A DNA stretch of 64,000 nt from Bacteroidota bacterium (lineage in GTDB: Bacteria > Bacteroidota > Bacteroidia > B-17B0 > Aurantibacillaceae): assembly GCA_947450025.1 (NCBI GenBank), contig CANFTW010000001.1, positions 244,672 to 308,671 of the forward strand, in the 5' to 3' direction. The stretch's first letter is position 1, and the number at the start of each line of letters is the position of its first letter. The translations under genes were made by a program, and so were the position numbers. The notes below the pieces were generated by a model, which was not told the origin of the DNA, made no database searches, and was given only the letters and a program-made list of their open reading frames with translations. Positions 47,145 to 58,518 of this stretch are shown here, piece after piece.

Positions 47145-48410
47145 ATGCAAAAACGAATAATAGCAATTGTTGGAACTGGAGTTTTATTGTCTTCGCAGGC
47201 ATTAGCTCAAACTTCCACCACATCAAAAGCCCTTACTACGCAAGAATTAAGTGGTAGAGTAAACACCATTACAACTGCGGTACCTTTTTTAATGATTGCA
47301 CCTGATTCGCGACAAGGCGGAATGGGAGAAGTTGGAGCTGCGACACCAGCTGATGGAAATAGTATCCATTGGAACGTTGCAAAAATGGCCTTTGCCGAAA
47401 AAAAAGGGGGTGCTGCGATTTCTGTCACACCATGGCTTAAACAATTAGTACCAGATATTTATTTATACTATGTGGCTGGCTATGGAAAAATCAGTAAAAC
47501 ACAAACTATAGGTGCATCATTACGTTATTTTTCTTTAGGAAATATAACCTTCACTGATATTGTAGGAAATACAACTGGACAATTTAGACCTAACGAATTT
47601 GCTTTAGATTTAGCTTATTCTCAAAAATTATCAAAAACATTTTCCGCAGGATTAGCTGCTCGTTACGTTCGTTCAAACCTTACTGGAAATTACACCTTAA
47701 GTAATGGACAACCAACTAAACCAGGAACATCCGTAGCCGTAGATGTGGGATTATATTACCAATCTCAAAAATTAAAAATCAACGATAAAAAAGCAACTGC
47801 TAGTTTAGGATTAGTATTTAGTAACATAGGATCTAAAGTTTCTTATTCTGTTAAAAAAGATTTTATTCCAATGAACATGCGTTTAGGTGGTGGTTTGAAA
47901 TTTGATATAGATGAAACAAATACATTTGGTGTTTACGGTGATATTAATAAACTGTTAGTTCCAACTCAACCTGTATACAAAAAAGCTCTAGACTCATTAG
48001 GTAACCCTACACCTTATGATGCGGTAGATAATGATGGGAACAAAATTATTGAAGCTGGTAAAGACCCTAATGTTGGTATTGCAAAAGGAATTTTTCAATC
48101 ATTTGGAGATGCACCAGGAGGATACAAAGAAGAATTAAAAGAGATTAATTACAGCGTTGGTTTTGAATATTGGTATGCGAAAACTTTTGCAGTTAGAGCA
48201 GGTTATTTTAACGAATCTAAAACAAAAGGCAACCGTAAATTTTTTACAGCAGGAATTGGATTAAGATATAATGTTTTTGGTTTAGATATGGCTTATTTAA
48301 TTCCAATCACACAACGAAATCCTTTACAAAACACACTTCGTTTTACATTAACATTTGATTTTGATGCTTTTAAAGATCAAAACAAGGAAGCACCTAAACC
48401 AGTAGAATAA
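47145..48410 (+). CDS. porV: Type IX secretion system outer-membrane shuttle/channel protein PorV (LptO)
   Basis: Signal peptide. VNTITTAVPFLMIAPDSRQGGMGEVGAAT is the conserved PorV N-terminal block. It is a FadL-like barrel with a C-terminal aromatic residue context. Confidence 0.9.
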   Translation: MQKRIIAIVGTGVLLSSQALAQTSTTSKALTTQELSGRVNTITTAVPFLMIAPDSRQGGMGEVGAATPADGNSIHWNVAKMAFAEKKGGAAISVTPWLKQLVPDIYLYYVAGYGKISKTQTIGASLRYFSLGNITFTDIVGNTTGQFRPNEFALDLAYSQKLSKTFSAGLAARYVRSNLTGNYTLSNGQPTKPGTSVAVDVGLYYQSQKLKINDKKATASLGLVFSNIGSKVSYSVKKDFIPMNMRLGGGLKFDIDETNTFGVYGDINKLLVPTQPVYKKALDSLGNPTPYDAVDNDGNKIIEAGKDPNVGIAKGIFQSFGDAPGGYKEELKEINYSVGFEYWYAKTFAVRAGYFNESKTKGNRKFFTAGIGLRYNVFGLDMAYLIPITQRNPLQNTLRFTLTFDFDAFKDQNKEAPKPVE

Positions 48411-48445
48411 AAAAAATCCCTGTTAAATTAACAGGGATTTTTTTA
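48408..48445. terminator. Bidirectional rho-independent terminator (porV / proline dehydrogenase)
   Basis: A-run, then stem ccctgtt (48418-48424) paired with aacaggg (48430-48436), then a T-run to 48445. Confidence 0.8.
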
Positions 48446-48461
48446 TATCTCAAATATCATT

Positions 48462-49622
48462 TTAATGAGTTTTTCTTCTTTGTTTTTCTTTAATAATTAA
48501 TCCTAACTCTCTACCTGTTTGACCTTTTACAGAAGTGTTTTCTTGAGCTCTTCGGATTAAATATGGCAACACTTCTTTTACTGGACCATAGGGTACATAC
48601 TTAGATACATTGTAATTTGCTAATGCTAAATTATAACTGATATGGTCACTCATACCTAATAGCTGAGAAAAGAACACACGTTTATCAGCACTAGATACTG
48701 CATACTTATTTAATAATTCAACTAAATACAAACTACTTTTTTCATTATGAGTACCGGCGCAAAGCCCCATCATATCAATGTTTTTCACACATTCTTCTAA
48801 AGCTAAATTGTAATCAATATCAGAATCTTCTTTTGTATCTTGAATTGGAGATGGGTAATTTTTTTCAATGGCTCTTGCTCTTTCTTTTTCCATATAAGCA
48901 CCACGAACTAACTTAGCACCAACAAAAAAACCATTTGCTTTACCTTTAGCAATCGTTTCTTTTAAAAAATGCAATCTATCCTTACGATACAATTGAAACG
49001 TGTTATATACAATTGCTTTTTCTTTATTAAACGTCGCCATATTCTCATCCACCAAATCGTCAATTGCTTGCTGAATCCAACTTTCCTCAGCATCTATAAA
49101 TAATGGCTGATTAGCGTCATGTGCTTCTTTACAAATTAAATGCACGCGTTGTTTCACTTTTTCATATTCTTTAGATTCAGCATCCGTTAATTTTTCATGT
49201 GCACTTACTTTTTCAAGCAATGCAAAACGAGCTAAACCAGTCACTTTAAATACTGAAAAAGGAATATGTTGATCATTTTTAGCCTTATGAATGGTCTCTA
49301 TCGTTTCTTTACAACACGCATCAAAATCCGCTTCACTTTCTTTTCCCTCTACACTATAGTCTAAAATAGTTCCAATATGATATTTCCCTAATTCGGCTAT
49401 GGTTCTATCGCATTCAGTAATGTTTTCACCACCAACAAATTGTTTAAAAATGGTATTTTTAATTAAGCCTTTAAAACCGATTGCTAAACCGATTGGAGCA
49501 GCAACTGCTCCAAACTTAACCAATGAGGGATTACTCACCATTTTAAATAACCAATAAGATCGATTTAAATCGCTATTAGTTTTAGCTTTAAAAGCATTTT
49601 CTGTATTATCAAAAGAAATCAT
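48462..49622 (-). CDS. Proline dehydrogenase
   Basis: Start taken at MISFDNTENAFKAK. TIM-barrel PRODH motifs are present (VRGAYMEKER, the FSQLLGMSD region, YVPYGPV...YLIRRAQEN). Confidence 0.88.
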   Translation of the reverse strand: MISFDNTENAFKAKTNSDLNRSYWLFKMVSNPSLVKFGAVAAPIGLAIGFKGLIKNTIFKQFVGGENITECDRTIAELGKYHIGTILDYSVEGKESEADFDACCKETIETIHKAKNDQHIPFSVFKVTGLARFALLEKVSAHEKLTDAESKEYEKVKQRVHLICKEAHDANQPLFIDAEESWIQQAIDDLVDENMATFNKEKAIVYNTFQLYRKDRLHFLKETIAKGKANGFFVGAKLVRGAYMEKERARAIEKNYPSPIQDTKEDSDIDYNLALEECVKNIDMMGLCAGTHNEKSSLYLVELLNKYAVSSADKRVFFSQLLGMSDHISYNLALANYNVSKYVPYGPVKEVLPYLIRRAQENTSVKGQTGRELGLIIKEKQRRKTH

Positions 49623-49780
49623 AAGTAAAATTGTGTCAAATATAAAGGTTTTATAGCTATACAAACTTGACTTAGCTCATAATGTTTAAAAATTACAAAA
49701 TTATATAAAGTCCTGATTTCTATATAATAACAATATACTTTTAATGCCCTTATTTTATAATAAAAATAGTATTTTTGCTT

Positions 49781-50443
49781 ATGCTAGTTGCCGATTTAAT
49801 AACAGACGAAATTCCTCCATTAAAACATACAGATACTGTAGAGTTGGCCTTGGATTGGATGGAACAATTTAAAGTATCTCATTTAGCTGTTGTTAAAGAT
49901 AGAGAACTCATAGGTTTAGTTTCTGAACATGATTTAATGGATTACAACCATCCTGAAGATGAAATCAAGGAACTAAAAACGCCATTATTAAAACCTATTA
50001 TTCATAACTATCAACATACGTATGACCTGTTAAAATTAATGATGTCTTTTAATCTCACTTTAATACCAGTGTTAGATGATAAAGAATTGTACAAAGGATG
50101 CATTACCTTGAAAGGACTACTTCAAAACATTTCTACTATGGCTTCTGTTCAGGACCAAGGCGGTGTTATTGTTTTAGAAGTTAATCAAGCGGATTATTCA
50201 CTTACTCAAATTTCTAGTATTATTGAAGGAAATGATGCTAAAATTTTAAGTGCGCATGTATCCTCTGTTCCTGATAGCACGAAGGTTGAAGTAACTTTGA
50301 AAATAAATAAAGAAGATTTATCTCGAATTTTACAAACGCTTTATCGCTATAATTATGTTGTCAAGGCTTCATTTCAACACGCTGATTTTGAAAATGGAAT
50401 GAAAGGAAAACTAGATGAATTTTTACATTTTTTAAACATCTAA
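49781..50443 (+). CDS. CBS domain-pair protein
   Basis: Two CBS motifs (HLAVVKDRELIGLVSEHDL and LIPVLDDKELYKGCITLKGL) plus a C-terminal ACT-like segment. ATG at 49781 is preferred over the TTG at 49775. Confidence 0.8.
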   Translation: MLVADLITDEIPPLKHTDTVELALDWMEQFKVSHLAVVKDRELIGLVSEHDLMDYNHPEDEIKELKTPLLKPIIHNYQHTYDLLKLMMSFNLTLIPVLDDKELYKGCITLKGLLQNISTMASVQDQGGVIVLEVNQADYSLTQISSIIEGNDAKILSAHVSSVPDSTKVEVTLKINKEDLSRILQTLYRYNYVVKASFQHADFENGMKGKLDEFLHFLNI

Positions 50444-50457
50444 ATTATTAGAGTTCG

Positions 50458-51333
50458 ATGACTATAGCTGTATACGCCAGAAATACAAAAGATAATTACC
50501 CTAATTACCTAGAGAATTTATTAGCGCTATCTGTAAAAGAGCATTTTAAAATTATTGTTTTTAAACCATACTTAGATTTTTTAAATACCACTTTACAAAA
50601 ATCATTTTCATTTAATACATTCAGTAATTCGGAAGAACTAATTGCTAAAGCCGACTATGTTATTTCGTTAGGTGGTGATGGCACTATGTTAGAAACACTT
50701 GAATTTGTTAGAAAATCTGGCATTCCAGTTCTTGGTGTGAACACAGGGAGATTAGGATTTCTAGCTACTGTTTATAAAGAAGATTTTGAAAAAGCTATTC
50801 AATTATTAATTAAAGAAAAATTCACATTAGATAAAAGAGAATTAATTGAATTAGATAAAACAACGTGTTTTAATGAAGTAAATTATGCGCTCAATGAATT
50901 TACAATTCATAAAAAAGAATCTAGTGCTATGATTAATATTGACACATTTGTTGACGGTGTTTTTTTAAACTCTTATTTTGCGGATGGATTAATTGTCTCT
51001 ACCCCTACCGGATCTACAGCATATTCTTTAAGTTGTGGCGGACCAATTATGGTTCCAGATTCGGATAACTTTATTATTACACCTATTGCTCCTCACAACT
51101 TAAACGTGAGGCCTATTGTGATTTCAAACAATAAAACATTAAGCTTTAAAGTCAGTGGCCGTAGTGATAGTTTTAATGTATCATTAGACTCTAGGTCGCA
51201 AACTATAAAAAATGCATCCGAATTAATAATTAAAAAAGCTGACTTCAGATTTAACATGATTAACTTAGAAGGGCAAGATTTTTTTGAAACGCTCAGAAAC
51301 AAGTTATTATGGGGTATTGACAAGAGACATTAA
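50458..51333 (+). CDS. nadK: NAD(+) kinase
   Basis: GGDGTML motif, NTGRLGFL, and the STPTGSTAYSLSCGGPI block. Confidence 0.93.
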   Translation: MTIAVYARNTKDNYPNYLENLLALSVKEHFKIIVFKPYLDFLNTTLQKSFSFNTFSNSEELIAKADYVISLGGDGTMLETLEFVRKSGIPVLGVNTGRLGFLATVYKEDFEKAIQLLIKEKFTLDKRELIELDKTTCFNEVNYALNEFTIHKKESSAMINIDTFVDGVFLNSYFADGLIVSTPTGSTAYSLSCGGPIMVPDSDNFIITPIAPHNLNVRPIVISNNKTLSFKVSGRSDSFNVSLDSRSQTIKNASELIIKKADFRFNMINLEGQDFFETLRNKLLWGIDKRH

Positions 51334-51413
51334 CAACCGTTCATTACTCTTAATATTTTATTTTTTATAGTTCTAAAACATTATTTAATTTCGCCAAAAA
51401 TTAACTTATTTAA

Positions 51414-52715
<1,302 letters not shown>

Positions 52716-52734
52716 TTTAATATTCAATTTCTAT

Positions 52735-52763
52735 AAAATCCCGCTCATATTGCGGGATTTTTT
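52735..52763 (+). terminator. Rho-independent terminator of eno
   Basis: Stem atcccgc (52738-52744) paired with gcgggat (52752-52758), followed by T6. Confidence 0.85.
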
Positions 52764-52921
52764 ATGAGCATCATTTTCAAATTAATTATGAAACAGTTGA
52801 CCAGCAAGATGTTATCAACATGCCCTTCCTATAATTGGAATTTAATTAAAATCAATATTTTAAAATATATATTTTATATATTTTTCTAGAAAATTTATAA
52901 GTATCATCTAAAATTAAAATT

Positions 52922-53740
52922 ATGAAAAATCTATTTTGGTTCCTTATTCTTTTCGCGCTTAGTAGTAATGCTCAAAAAGACACTATCTCAAAGTCAATAA
53001 AAGATAAAGCGAGATTTGACGAGGTTATAATGGTAAATGGTGAGGTTAAAACAGGAACCATCACTGAAGTTGGAGAAGACTATATTAAATTTATACACGC
53101 AGGTGAAAGCCTAAATTATAATTTAAAAAAATCAACCATCTCAAAAATTGAATTTTCAAGTGGGCGAATTGAAGTATTAAACAAGCTAATTACTAATCAA
53201 AATTCTGGGAATGTAAATTTCAGTAATAAAGTAGCAGTTTTACCTTTTTCGTATATCAGCGATGCTGGAGACAAAAAGATTGAAAGTATGGAATATGAAA
53301 TTCAAAATGAGTCCTATCTGCTATTAAGTAAAAATGCAACTGGACTTGAAATTCAAGACCCAATGGCAACTAATGCATTACTTATAAAAAATGGAATTAC
53401 TAGAGAAAATTATAAAGGATACACAATGCCGGAAATTGCTGAAATTTTAGGTATTGAATATATTGTTGTAGGCTCAGTAAAAATTGAAAAAACAAATTCA
53501 ACTATAAACTCCTCTCAAAATACATATAGTCAAAATGGTGTTTCAAAAAAAGGTTATACTGGAACAAGCTCTGTCACATCTGTCAATCAAAACTATAAAA
53601 CAAATGTTGATTTATTTATTTATAATAATGAAGGAAAAAAAATATTTGGCGATTCTAGAAACTCTTTTTGGGCATCAACAGATGCCTATAAAGCAACCAT
53701 TAAATATTTATTAAAAAAATCTCCTTTATGGGCTAAATAG
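52922..53740 (+). CDS. Hypothetical secreted protein (the C-terminal half loosely resembles CsgG/LpoB-type periplasmic modules)
   Basis: Signal peptide MKNLFWFLILFALSSNAQ. The pattern VAVLPF...A..LG..YIVVGSV is reminiscent of that fold. Weak. Confidence 0.5.
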   Translation: MKNLFWFLILFALSSNAQKDTISKSIKDKARFDEVIMVNGEVKTGTITEVGEDYIKFIHAGESLNYNLKKSTISKIEFSSGRIEVLNKLITNQNSGNVNFSNKVAVLPFSYISDAGDKKIESMEYEIQNESYLLLSKNATGLEIQDPMATNALLIKNGITRENYKGYTMPEIAEILGIEYIVVGSVKIEKTNSTINSSQNTYSQNGVSKKGYTGTSSVTSVNQNYKTNVDLFIYNNEGKKIFGDSRNSFWASTDAYKATIKYLLKKSPLWAK

Positions 53741-53789
53741 TTTAACTCTTCTTATTAAACATCTTTTCAGAAGACATCTTATATCAAAA

Positions 53790-54552
53790 AATAAAAATTA
53801 CTACCTGAAATATATTCTTAATTCTTTCGGTGATGACTCATTCTCAAAATAATGAACCTGAAAAAAAGAAATTGATCCATCAAAACCTACAAACCTGTAT
53901 ACAAAGTTTAACGCTAACCTTGAATTTCAATCCAGTAAATCACAAAATCTTTAAGGTGTAAGAACAAACATACAATATGCGACCAACTCCAACAATCTAA
54001 TATTATTAGAACTACCAATATTATATAATGATCATAATTCAAAAGTTGGATTAGGTGATATTCGTTTTCGATATTTTAATGCGGTTAAGCGAAATGTAAG
54101 CCATTCATTTATTGCAATTGCTCCATTTGCAGAGATTGGAATACCAATTGGATCTTTTAAAACTAGATTAGATAGCAGCTCTTGGTCCTGAGCTGGCGTT
54201 GTAGTTTTTAGATTTATTCTATCAAAAAAACCTTTCATTGTTCCCTGGAATTAAAAATATGCACATTACAAAAACTGAAACCAATTTAATACCAGATATA
54301 AATAAATTAAGTAGCAACGTTATTAAAATTCAATTTAATGCAAGTTATGTCATAAATAAAAGCACGTAATTGTTTATCAATACTAATTCATCTTTATTAA
54401 ATTCTAATGTAACTTTGGAAACTATTTGGGCAGCAGAGTTTAACCTTAATGAAATTAATATGCTAAATAAATTTAAAATCAATATTAGCTTTAGTCCTAA
54501 TTTAACTTATGAAATCTACACACTCAGATTTGGAAAAACATTCTTTTTATAA
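53790..54552 (+). pseudogene. Decayed outer-membrane beta-barrel protein gene (GLGD-motif transporter-like family) with multiple stops and frameshifts
   Basis: A conceptual read-through gives IDPSKPTNLYTKFNANLEFQSSKSQNL*GVRTNIQYATNSNNLILLELPILYNDHNSKVGLGDIRFRYFNAV...SSSWS*AGVVVFRF...PWN*, then a +1 shift to PGIKNMHITKTETNLIPDINKLSSNVIKIQFNASYVINKST*LFINT...YTLRFGKTFFL. In-frame stops lie at 53952, 54189, 54252 and 54367. Frame changes lie near the A7 run at 53861-53867 and near 54243-54254. Confidence 0.6.
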
Positions 54553-54690
54553 ATACGTTTTATTTTCATCCAGTTTTAATTCATAATATTTGAAAACAGT
54601 TCTATTTCTTTTAATAAAGAAATCTTTATTTACTTGACTAAAGACACTTGCAATCAAGCAAATAAATATAGACCTTTACAGATATATTGT

Positions 54691-56553
54691 ATGAAGAAAA
54701 AAATTGAAATTTTAGCTCCTGCCAAAAACTTGGTACAAGGTATGGCTGCCATTAATGCAGGCGCCGATGCTGTATACATTGGAGCCCCTCTGTTTGGAGC
54801 TAGATCAAATGCAACCAACTCTGTAGAAGATATTGAGGAATTAGTGCAATACGCGCATTTATTTAAAGCACAAGTATTTGTGGTAGTGAATACAATATTA
54901 TATGACCATGAATTAGAAGATTGTAAAAAATTAATTCATCAATTATACAATATTGGAGTAGATGCGCTTATCGTTCAAGACATGGCTGTTCTTGAAATGG
55001 ACTTACCACCAATCGTGATTCATGCCAGTACACAAGCAAATAATAGAGACCCAAAACATGTAAAATTTTTGGCTGATGCTGGAATAAAGCGTGTTGTATT
55101 GGCTCGCGAGTTAAATTTAGATCAAATTAAAGATATTCATAAAGCTACAGATGTTGAATTAGAATTTTTTGTCTCAGGCGCATTATGTGTTTCATTTAGC
55201 GGAAACTGTTACATGAGTATTGCTAACGGCGAGCGAAGTGCTAACAGAGGATCTTGTGCCCAAAATTGTCGTTTACCTTATAATTTAGTTGACGGAACAG
55301 GACAGACACTCATTGCCAATAGCCATTTATTATCCATAAAAGATTTAGATTTAAGCGATCAATTGCCTAATTTAATAGAAGCTGGGATTACTTCTTTTAA
55401 AATTGAAGGGCGATTAAAAGATATGGTATATGTTAAAAACAATACATCTTACTTGCGTAAAAAATTAGATGCCTTTTTAGAGAATAATGAGCATTACCAA
55501 AAAGCTTCGTCAGGTAGAACCTTCTTTAATTTTGACGCCGAAATGGATAGAAGTTTCAATAGAGGGTATACCGATTACTTTGTAAATAAACGCACCGAAA
55601 AAATTGGATCATGGGATAGTCCGAAATCTCAAGGACAATACATTGGCAAATTAATTGACACAAAAGCAAACGGTTACGTCATTGAAAATTATGAAAAGCT
55701 AAATAATGGCGATGGTTTATATTTCTTAAATGAAAACAATGAGCCAGATGGTATGCAAATAAATATTATCATCAATGACATTGTCGTGCCTAATACATTT
55801 AAAAACATTAAACCAGGCACAATCATTTACAGAAATTCAGATGCCGAATTTAACCGATTGGTTGAAAGGGACGATAGTGCTATCAGAAAAATAGGTGTGA
55901 ATTTAAAATTCACAGAAACAGCTAATGGATTCCAATTATTAGCTATTGACGAGGATGGCCATCAAAGTGTTTCTTCGTTTGAAACAGCAAAAGAGCTAGC
56001 TAAAAACGAAGAATCAACGACTCCAAATATTAAAAAGAATTTATCAAAAGCTGGAGGCACACCATTTATTATTGACAGTATAGAGGTGGAGTTTTCGCAA
56101 AACTGGTTTTTACCCATTTCTAAAATCAACGAAATCAGACGAGTTGTTTTGGAGCAGTTAATTGACATTAGAATAAAAGACTATCATCGTGAAGAATTCC
56201 AAATCACTAAAACAGATCATCCATATCCTGTTAGTAAGTTAGATTTTACCTATAATGTCTCTAATCCAATGGCTAGAGCATTTTATAAAAGACATGGTGT
56301 TACAGAAATTGAAAAAGCATTTGAGTTACAATGGGATCCAGGTAAATCGCGCGTAATGGTTACTAAATACTGCGTAAAGTATGAATTAGGAAAATGTGCA
56401 CGTTTTCAAAGAGATACCATGGGCGAAAAAGTGGTTGAACCTCTTACTTTAACTCATGGCGAAAATGCCTATAAATTAAAATTCAATTGTAAGCCTTGCG
56501 AAATGGAGATTTGGGAAAAAGATGCTGAACTGGAGTTTGAAGATGAAGATTAA
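54691..56553 (+). CDS. U32 family peptidase-like protein (long YdcP/RlhA-type form)
   Basis: Start at MKKKIEILAPAKN. U32 signature region E.FVSGALCVSFSGNCYMS and cysteine-rich CAQNCRLPY. The C-terminal cysteine pairs are CVKYELGKC and CKPCEMEIW. Confidence 0.85.
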   Translation: MKKKIEILAPAKNLVQGMAAINAGADAVYIGAPLFGARSNATNSVEDIEELVQYAHLFKAQVFVVVNTILYDHELEDCKKLIHQLYNIGVDALIVQDMAVLEMDLPPIVIHASTQANNRDPKHVKFLADAGIKRVVLARELNLDQIKDIHKATDVELEFFVSGALCVSFSGNCYMSIANGERSANRGSCAQNCRLPYNLVDGTGQTLIANSHLLSIKDLDLSDQLPNLIEAGITSFKIEGRLKDMVYVKNNTSYLRKKLDAFLENNEHYQKASSGRTFFNFDAEMDRSFNRGYTDYFVNKRTEKIGSWDSPKSQGQYIGKLIDTKANGYVIENYEKLNNGDGLYFLNENNEPDGMQINIIINDIVVPNTFKNIKPGTIIYRNSDAEFNRLVERDDSAIRKIGVNLKFTETANGFQLLAIDEDGHQSVSSFETAKELAKNEESTTPNIKKNLSKAGGTPFIIDSIEVEFSQNWFLPISKINEIRRVVLEQLIDIRIKDYHREEFQITKTDHPYPVSKLDFTYNVSNPMARAFYKRHGVTEIEKAFELQWDPGKSRVMVTKYCVKYELGKCARFQRDTMGEKVVEPLTLTHGENAYKLKFNCKPCEMEIWEKDAELEFEDED

Positions 56554-56558
56554 ACTAT

Positions 56559-56588
56559 AAAAAAAGCATCAAAATTGATGCTTTTTTT
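56559..56588. terminator. Bidirectional rho-independent terminator
   Basis: A7, then stem gcatc (56566-56570) paired with gatgc (56577-56581), then T7. Confidence 0.75.
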
Positions 56589-56601
56589 ATAGTTTTTGTG
56601 T

Positions 56602-57507
56602 TTAAAATTTCGCTCTAATTTTTCTAACTCGTCTGTTACGATTGTTAAAGAAATTACCATAACGTCCTCTGTAAAAACTAGATTTGCCTCTTAAAACATA
56701 ACTATAAGTTAGATTCATAGTCATATAAGAATCTTTGTGGGTTTTGTCTCCTCGTTTTTGTCCCCAATCATGTGATTTATATAACCCAACATTTTCCGGA
56801 GTTATTGCAACACCTAATTCAGGCGTTCTTAATGATAAACTTGGGTCTCCAGACTCACTAGGATTATCAGGATAATTACTACTAATATCATCTAGGTAAT
56901 CTGAAAAAGTAGTTCTATAATTAAATTCATATCCAATACGATGCTTTTTGTCAATTGTAAAATAAAAACCAATTCCCATTGGAATATTAATACCTACTGG
57001 AGAATACCGAACGCCTTCCGTGTGAAGTGGGCGTAATTTAACCCCTCCATCTAATGTTTTTGGATTTGAATAATAACCTCCTACCCCAGCGAAAACATAA
57101 GCTCTAAATCCATTTTTGTATCTGTAGGTGTTTCCTAAATCATTGTCTTCATAAAAAAACACTTGACCTGTCAGCGCCAAATCAAACATATCATTTCTAA
57201 AATTTAAATTGCGAGCATTACGAGCAGGATTTGACGATAATTTATCATCTCCTTCCAAACGCAAATAATCTAAAGCTAATTTAAGAGAAATTTTTCTGTG
57301 AATTTTATATCTAGCAAACCCTCCAACATTCCAGCGAGTTTTGGCCATTTTCATGTCGGCCAAAAAATCACGTCGTGTTTTTTCTTTTCCACCAATATCA
57401 CCCAAATAATTCGAAACGCCAACAGAAACTCCATAATCCCAAAGCCATTGAGCCTTTGCAGCTGAAGTTGTTAATACAATTAGAAATATAATAATGATGT
57501 TTTTCAT
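56602..57507 (-). CDS. Outer-membrane beta-barrel protein (DUF6089-like)
   Basis: Signal peptide ending AKAQ, then WDYGVSVGVSNYLGDIGG. It has an alternating beta-strand pattern and a C-terminal basic tail ending in F. Confidence 0.6.
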   Translation of the reverse strand: MKNIIIIFLIVLTTSAAKAQWLWDYGVSVGVSNYLGDIGGKEKTRRDFLADMKMAKTRWNVGGFARYKIHRKISLKLALDYLRLEGDDKLSSNPARNARNLNFRNDMFDLALTGQVFFYEDNDLGNTYRYKNGFRAYVFAGVGGYYSNPKTLDGGVKLRPLHTEGVRYSPVGINIPMGIGFYFTIDKKHRIGYEFNYRTTFSDYLDDISSNYPDNPSESGDPSLSLRTPELGVAITPENVGLYKSHDWGQKRGDKTHKDSYMTMNLTYSYVLRGKSSFYRGRYGNFFNNRNRRVRKIRAKF

Positions 57508-57573
57508 TTAACTAGTGCAATATTAGTTACAAAAATAATAAAATCTTTAACTTTACCACAAAAAATTACATAT

Positions 57574-58518
57574 ATGATGTCAATTAAGCATTTATTTAAC
57601 ATAAAATACCCCATCGTACAAGGAGGTATGATTTGGTGCAGTGGTTGGAAACTAGCTGCTGCTGTTTCAAATGCAGGTGGTCTTGGCTTAATTGGTTCTG
57701 GTTCGATGTACCCCGAGGTACTGAGACAGCATATCCAAAAATGTAAACACGCAACCAATAAACCATTTGGTGTAAATGTTCCATTATTGTATCCAAATAT
57801 CGAAGAACATATCAAAATTATTATTGAAGAAGGGGTAAAAATCGTCTTTACTTCTGCTGGCAATCCCAAAACATGGACTAATCATTTAAAAAATCATGAC
57901 ATTGCCGTTGTACACGTTGTATCTAATATAAAATTTGCAGTTAAATGTCAAGACGCTGGAGTAGATGCCATTGTCACTGAAGGCTTTGAAGCTGGCGGTC
58001 ATAATGGACGAGAGGAAACAACAACTTTAGTGCTGATTCCTGAAGTCAAAAAACATATTTCAATACCTTTAATTGCTGCAGGTGGTATAGGTTCAGGAAG
58101 TGCCATGGCGGCTGCATTTGCTTTAGGTGCCTCAGGGGTTCAAATTGGTAGTCGTTTTGTCACAACACAAGAATCATCGGCTCATCTTAATTTTAAAAAT
58201 GCCATTTTAGCCGCAAAAGAAGGTGATACTCAATTATCATTAAAACAATTAACCCCTGTTCGATTACTTAAAAATTCATTTTCTGAAAAAGTTTTCGAAT
58301 TAGAAAAACAAGGTGCCTCCGCTGAGGAATTAAATACACTTCTTGGAAGAGGAAGAGCAAAGAAAGGCATGTTTGAAGGTGATTTAACTGAAGGTGAATT
58401 AGAAATAGGCCAAGTTTCTGGGGGGATTCAAACCATACAAACAGCGAAAGAGGTGATTGATGAAATTATCGATGAATATAACTTAGTTATAAAAAGACTA
58501 GAGCACGCTTATTTATAA
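57574..58518 (+). CDS. NAD(P)H-dependent flavin oxidoreductase (nitronate monooxygenase / FabK-like)
   Basis: YPIVQGGMIWCSGWKLAAAVSNAGGLGLIG, EGFEAGGH and AAGGIGSG are the FMN-binding TIM-barrel motifs of the NMO/FabK family. Confidence 0.85.
   Translation: MMSIKHLFNIKYPIVQGGMIWCSGWKLAAAVSNAGGLGLIGSGSMYPEVLRQHIQKCKHATNKPFGVNVPLLYPNIEEHIKIIIEEGVKIVFTSAGNPKTWTNHLKNHDIAVVHVVSNIKFAVKCQDAGVDAIVTEGFEAGGHNGREETTTLVLIPEVKKHISIPLIAAGGIGSGSAMAAAFALGASGVQIGSRFVTTQESSAHLNFKNAILAAKEGDTQLSLKQLTPVRLLKNSFSEKVFELEKQGASAEELNTLLGRGRAKKGMFEGDLTEGELEIGQVSGGIQTIQTAKEVIDEIIDEYNLVIKRLEHAYL

Noticed and set aside
54032-54238. 68-aa minus-strand ORF, and the 60-aa + ORF at 54370-54552, in the ORF-poor gap
   Set aside because: The + strand reads as consecutive fragments of one decayed beta-barrel gene. 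The minus ORF is antisense to it, and the 60-aa ORF is simply the last fragment of the pseudogene.
57504-57869. 121-aa minus-strand ORF overlapping the FabK/NMO-like gene (and the nested 57596-57796 ORF)
   Set aside because: It is antisense to a gene with strong family motifs. Its composition is cysteine- and proline-rich with no recognisable domain, as expected for a shadow ORF.
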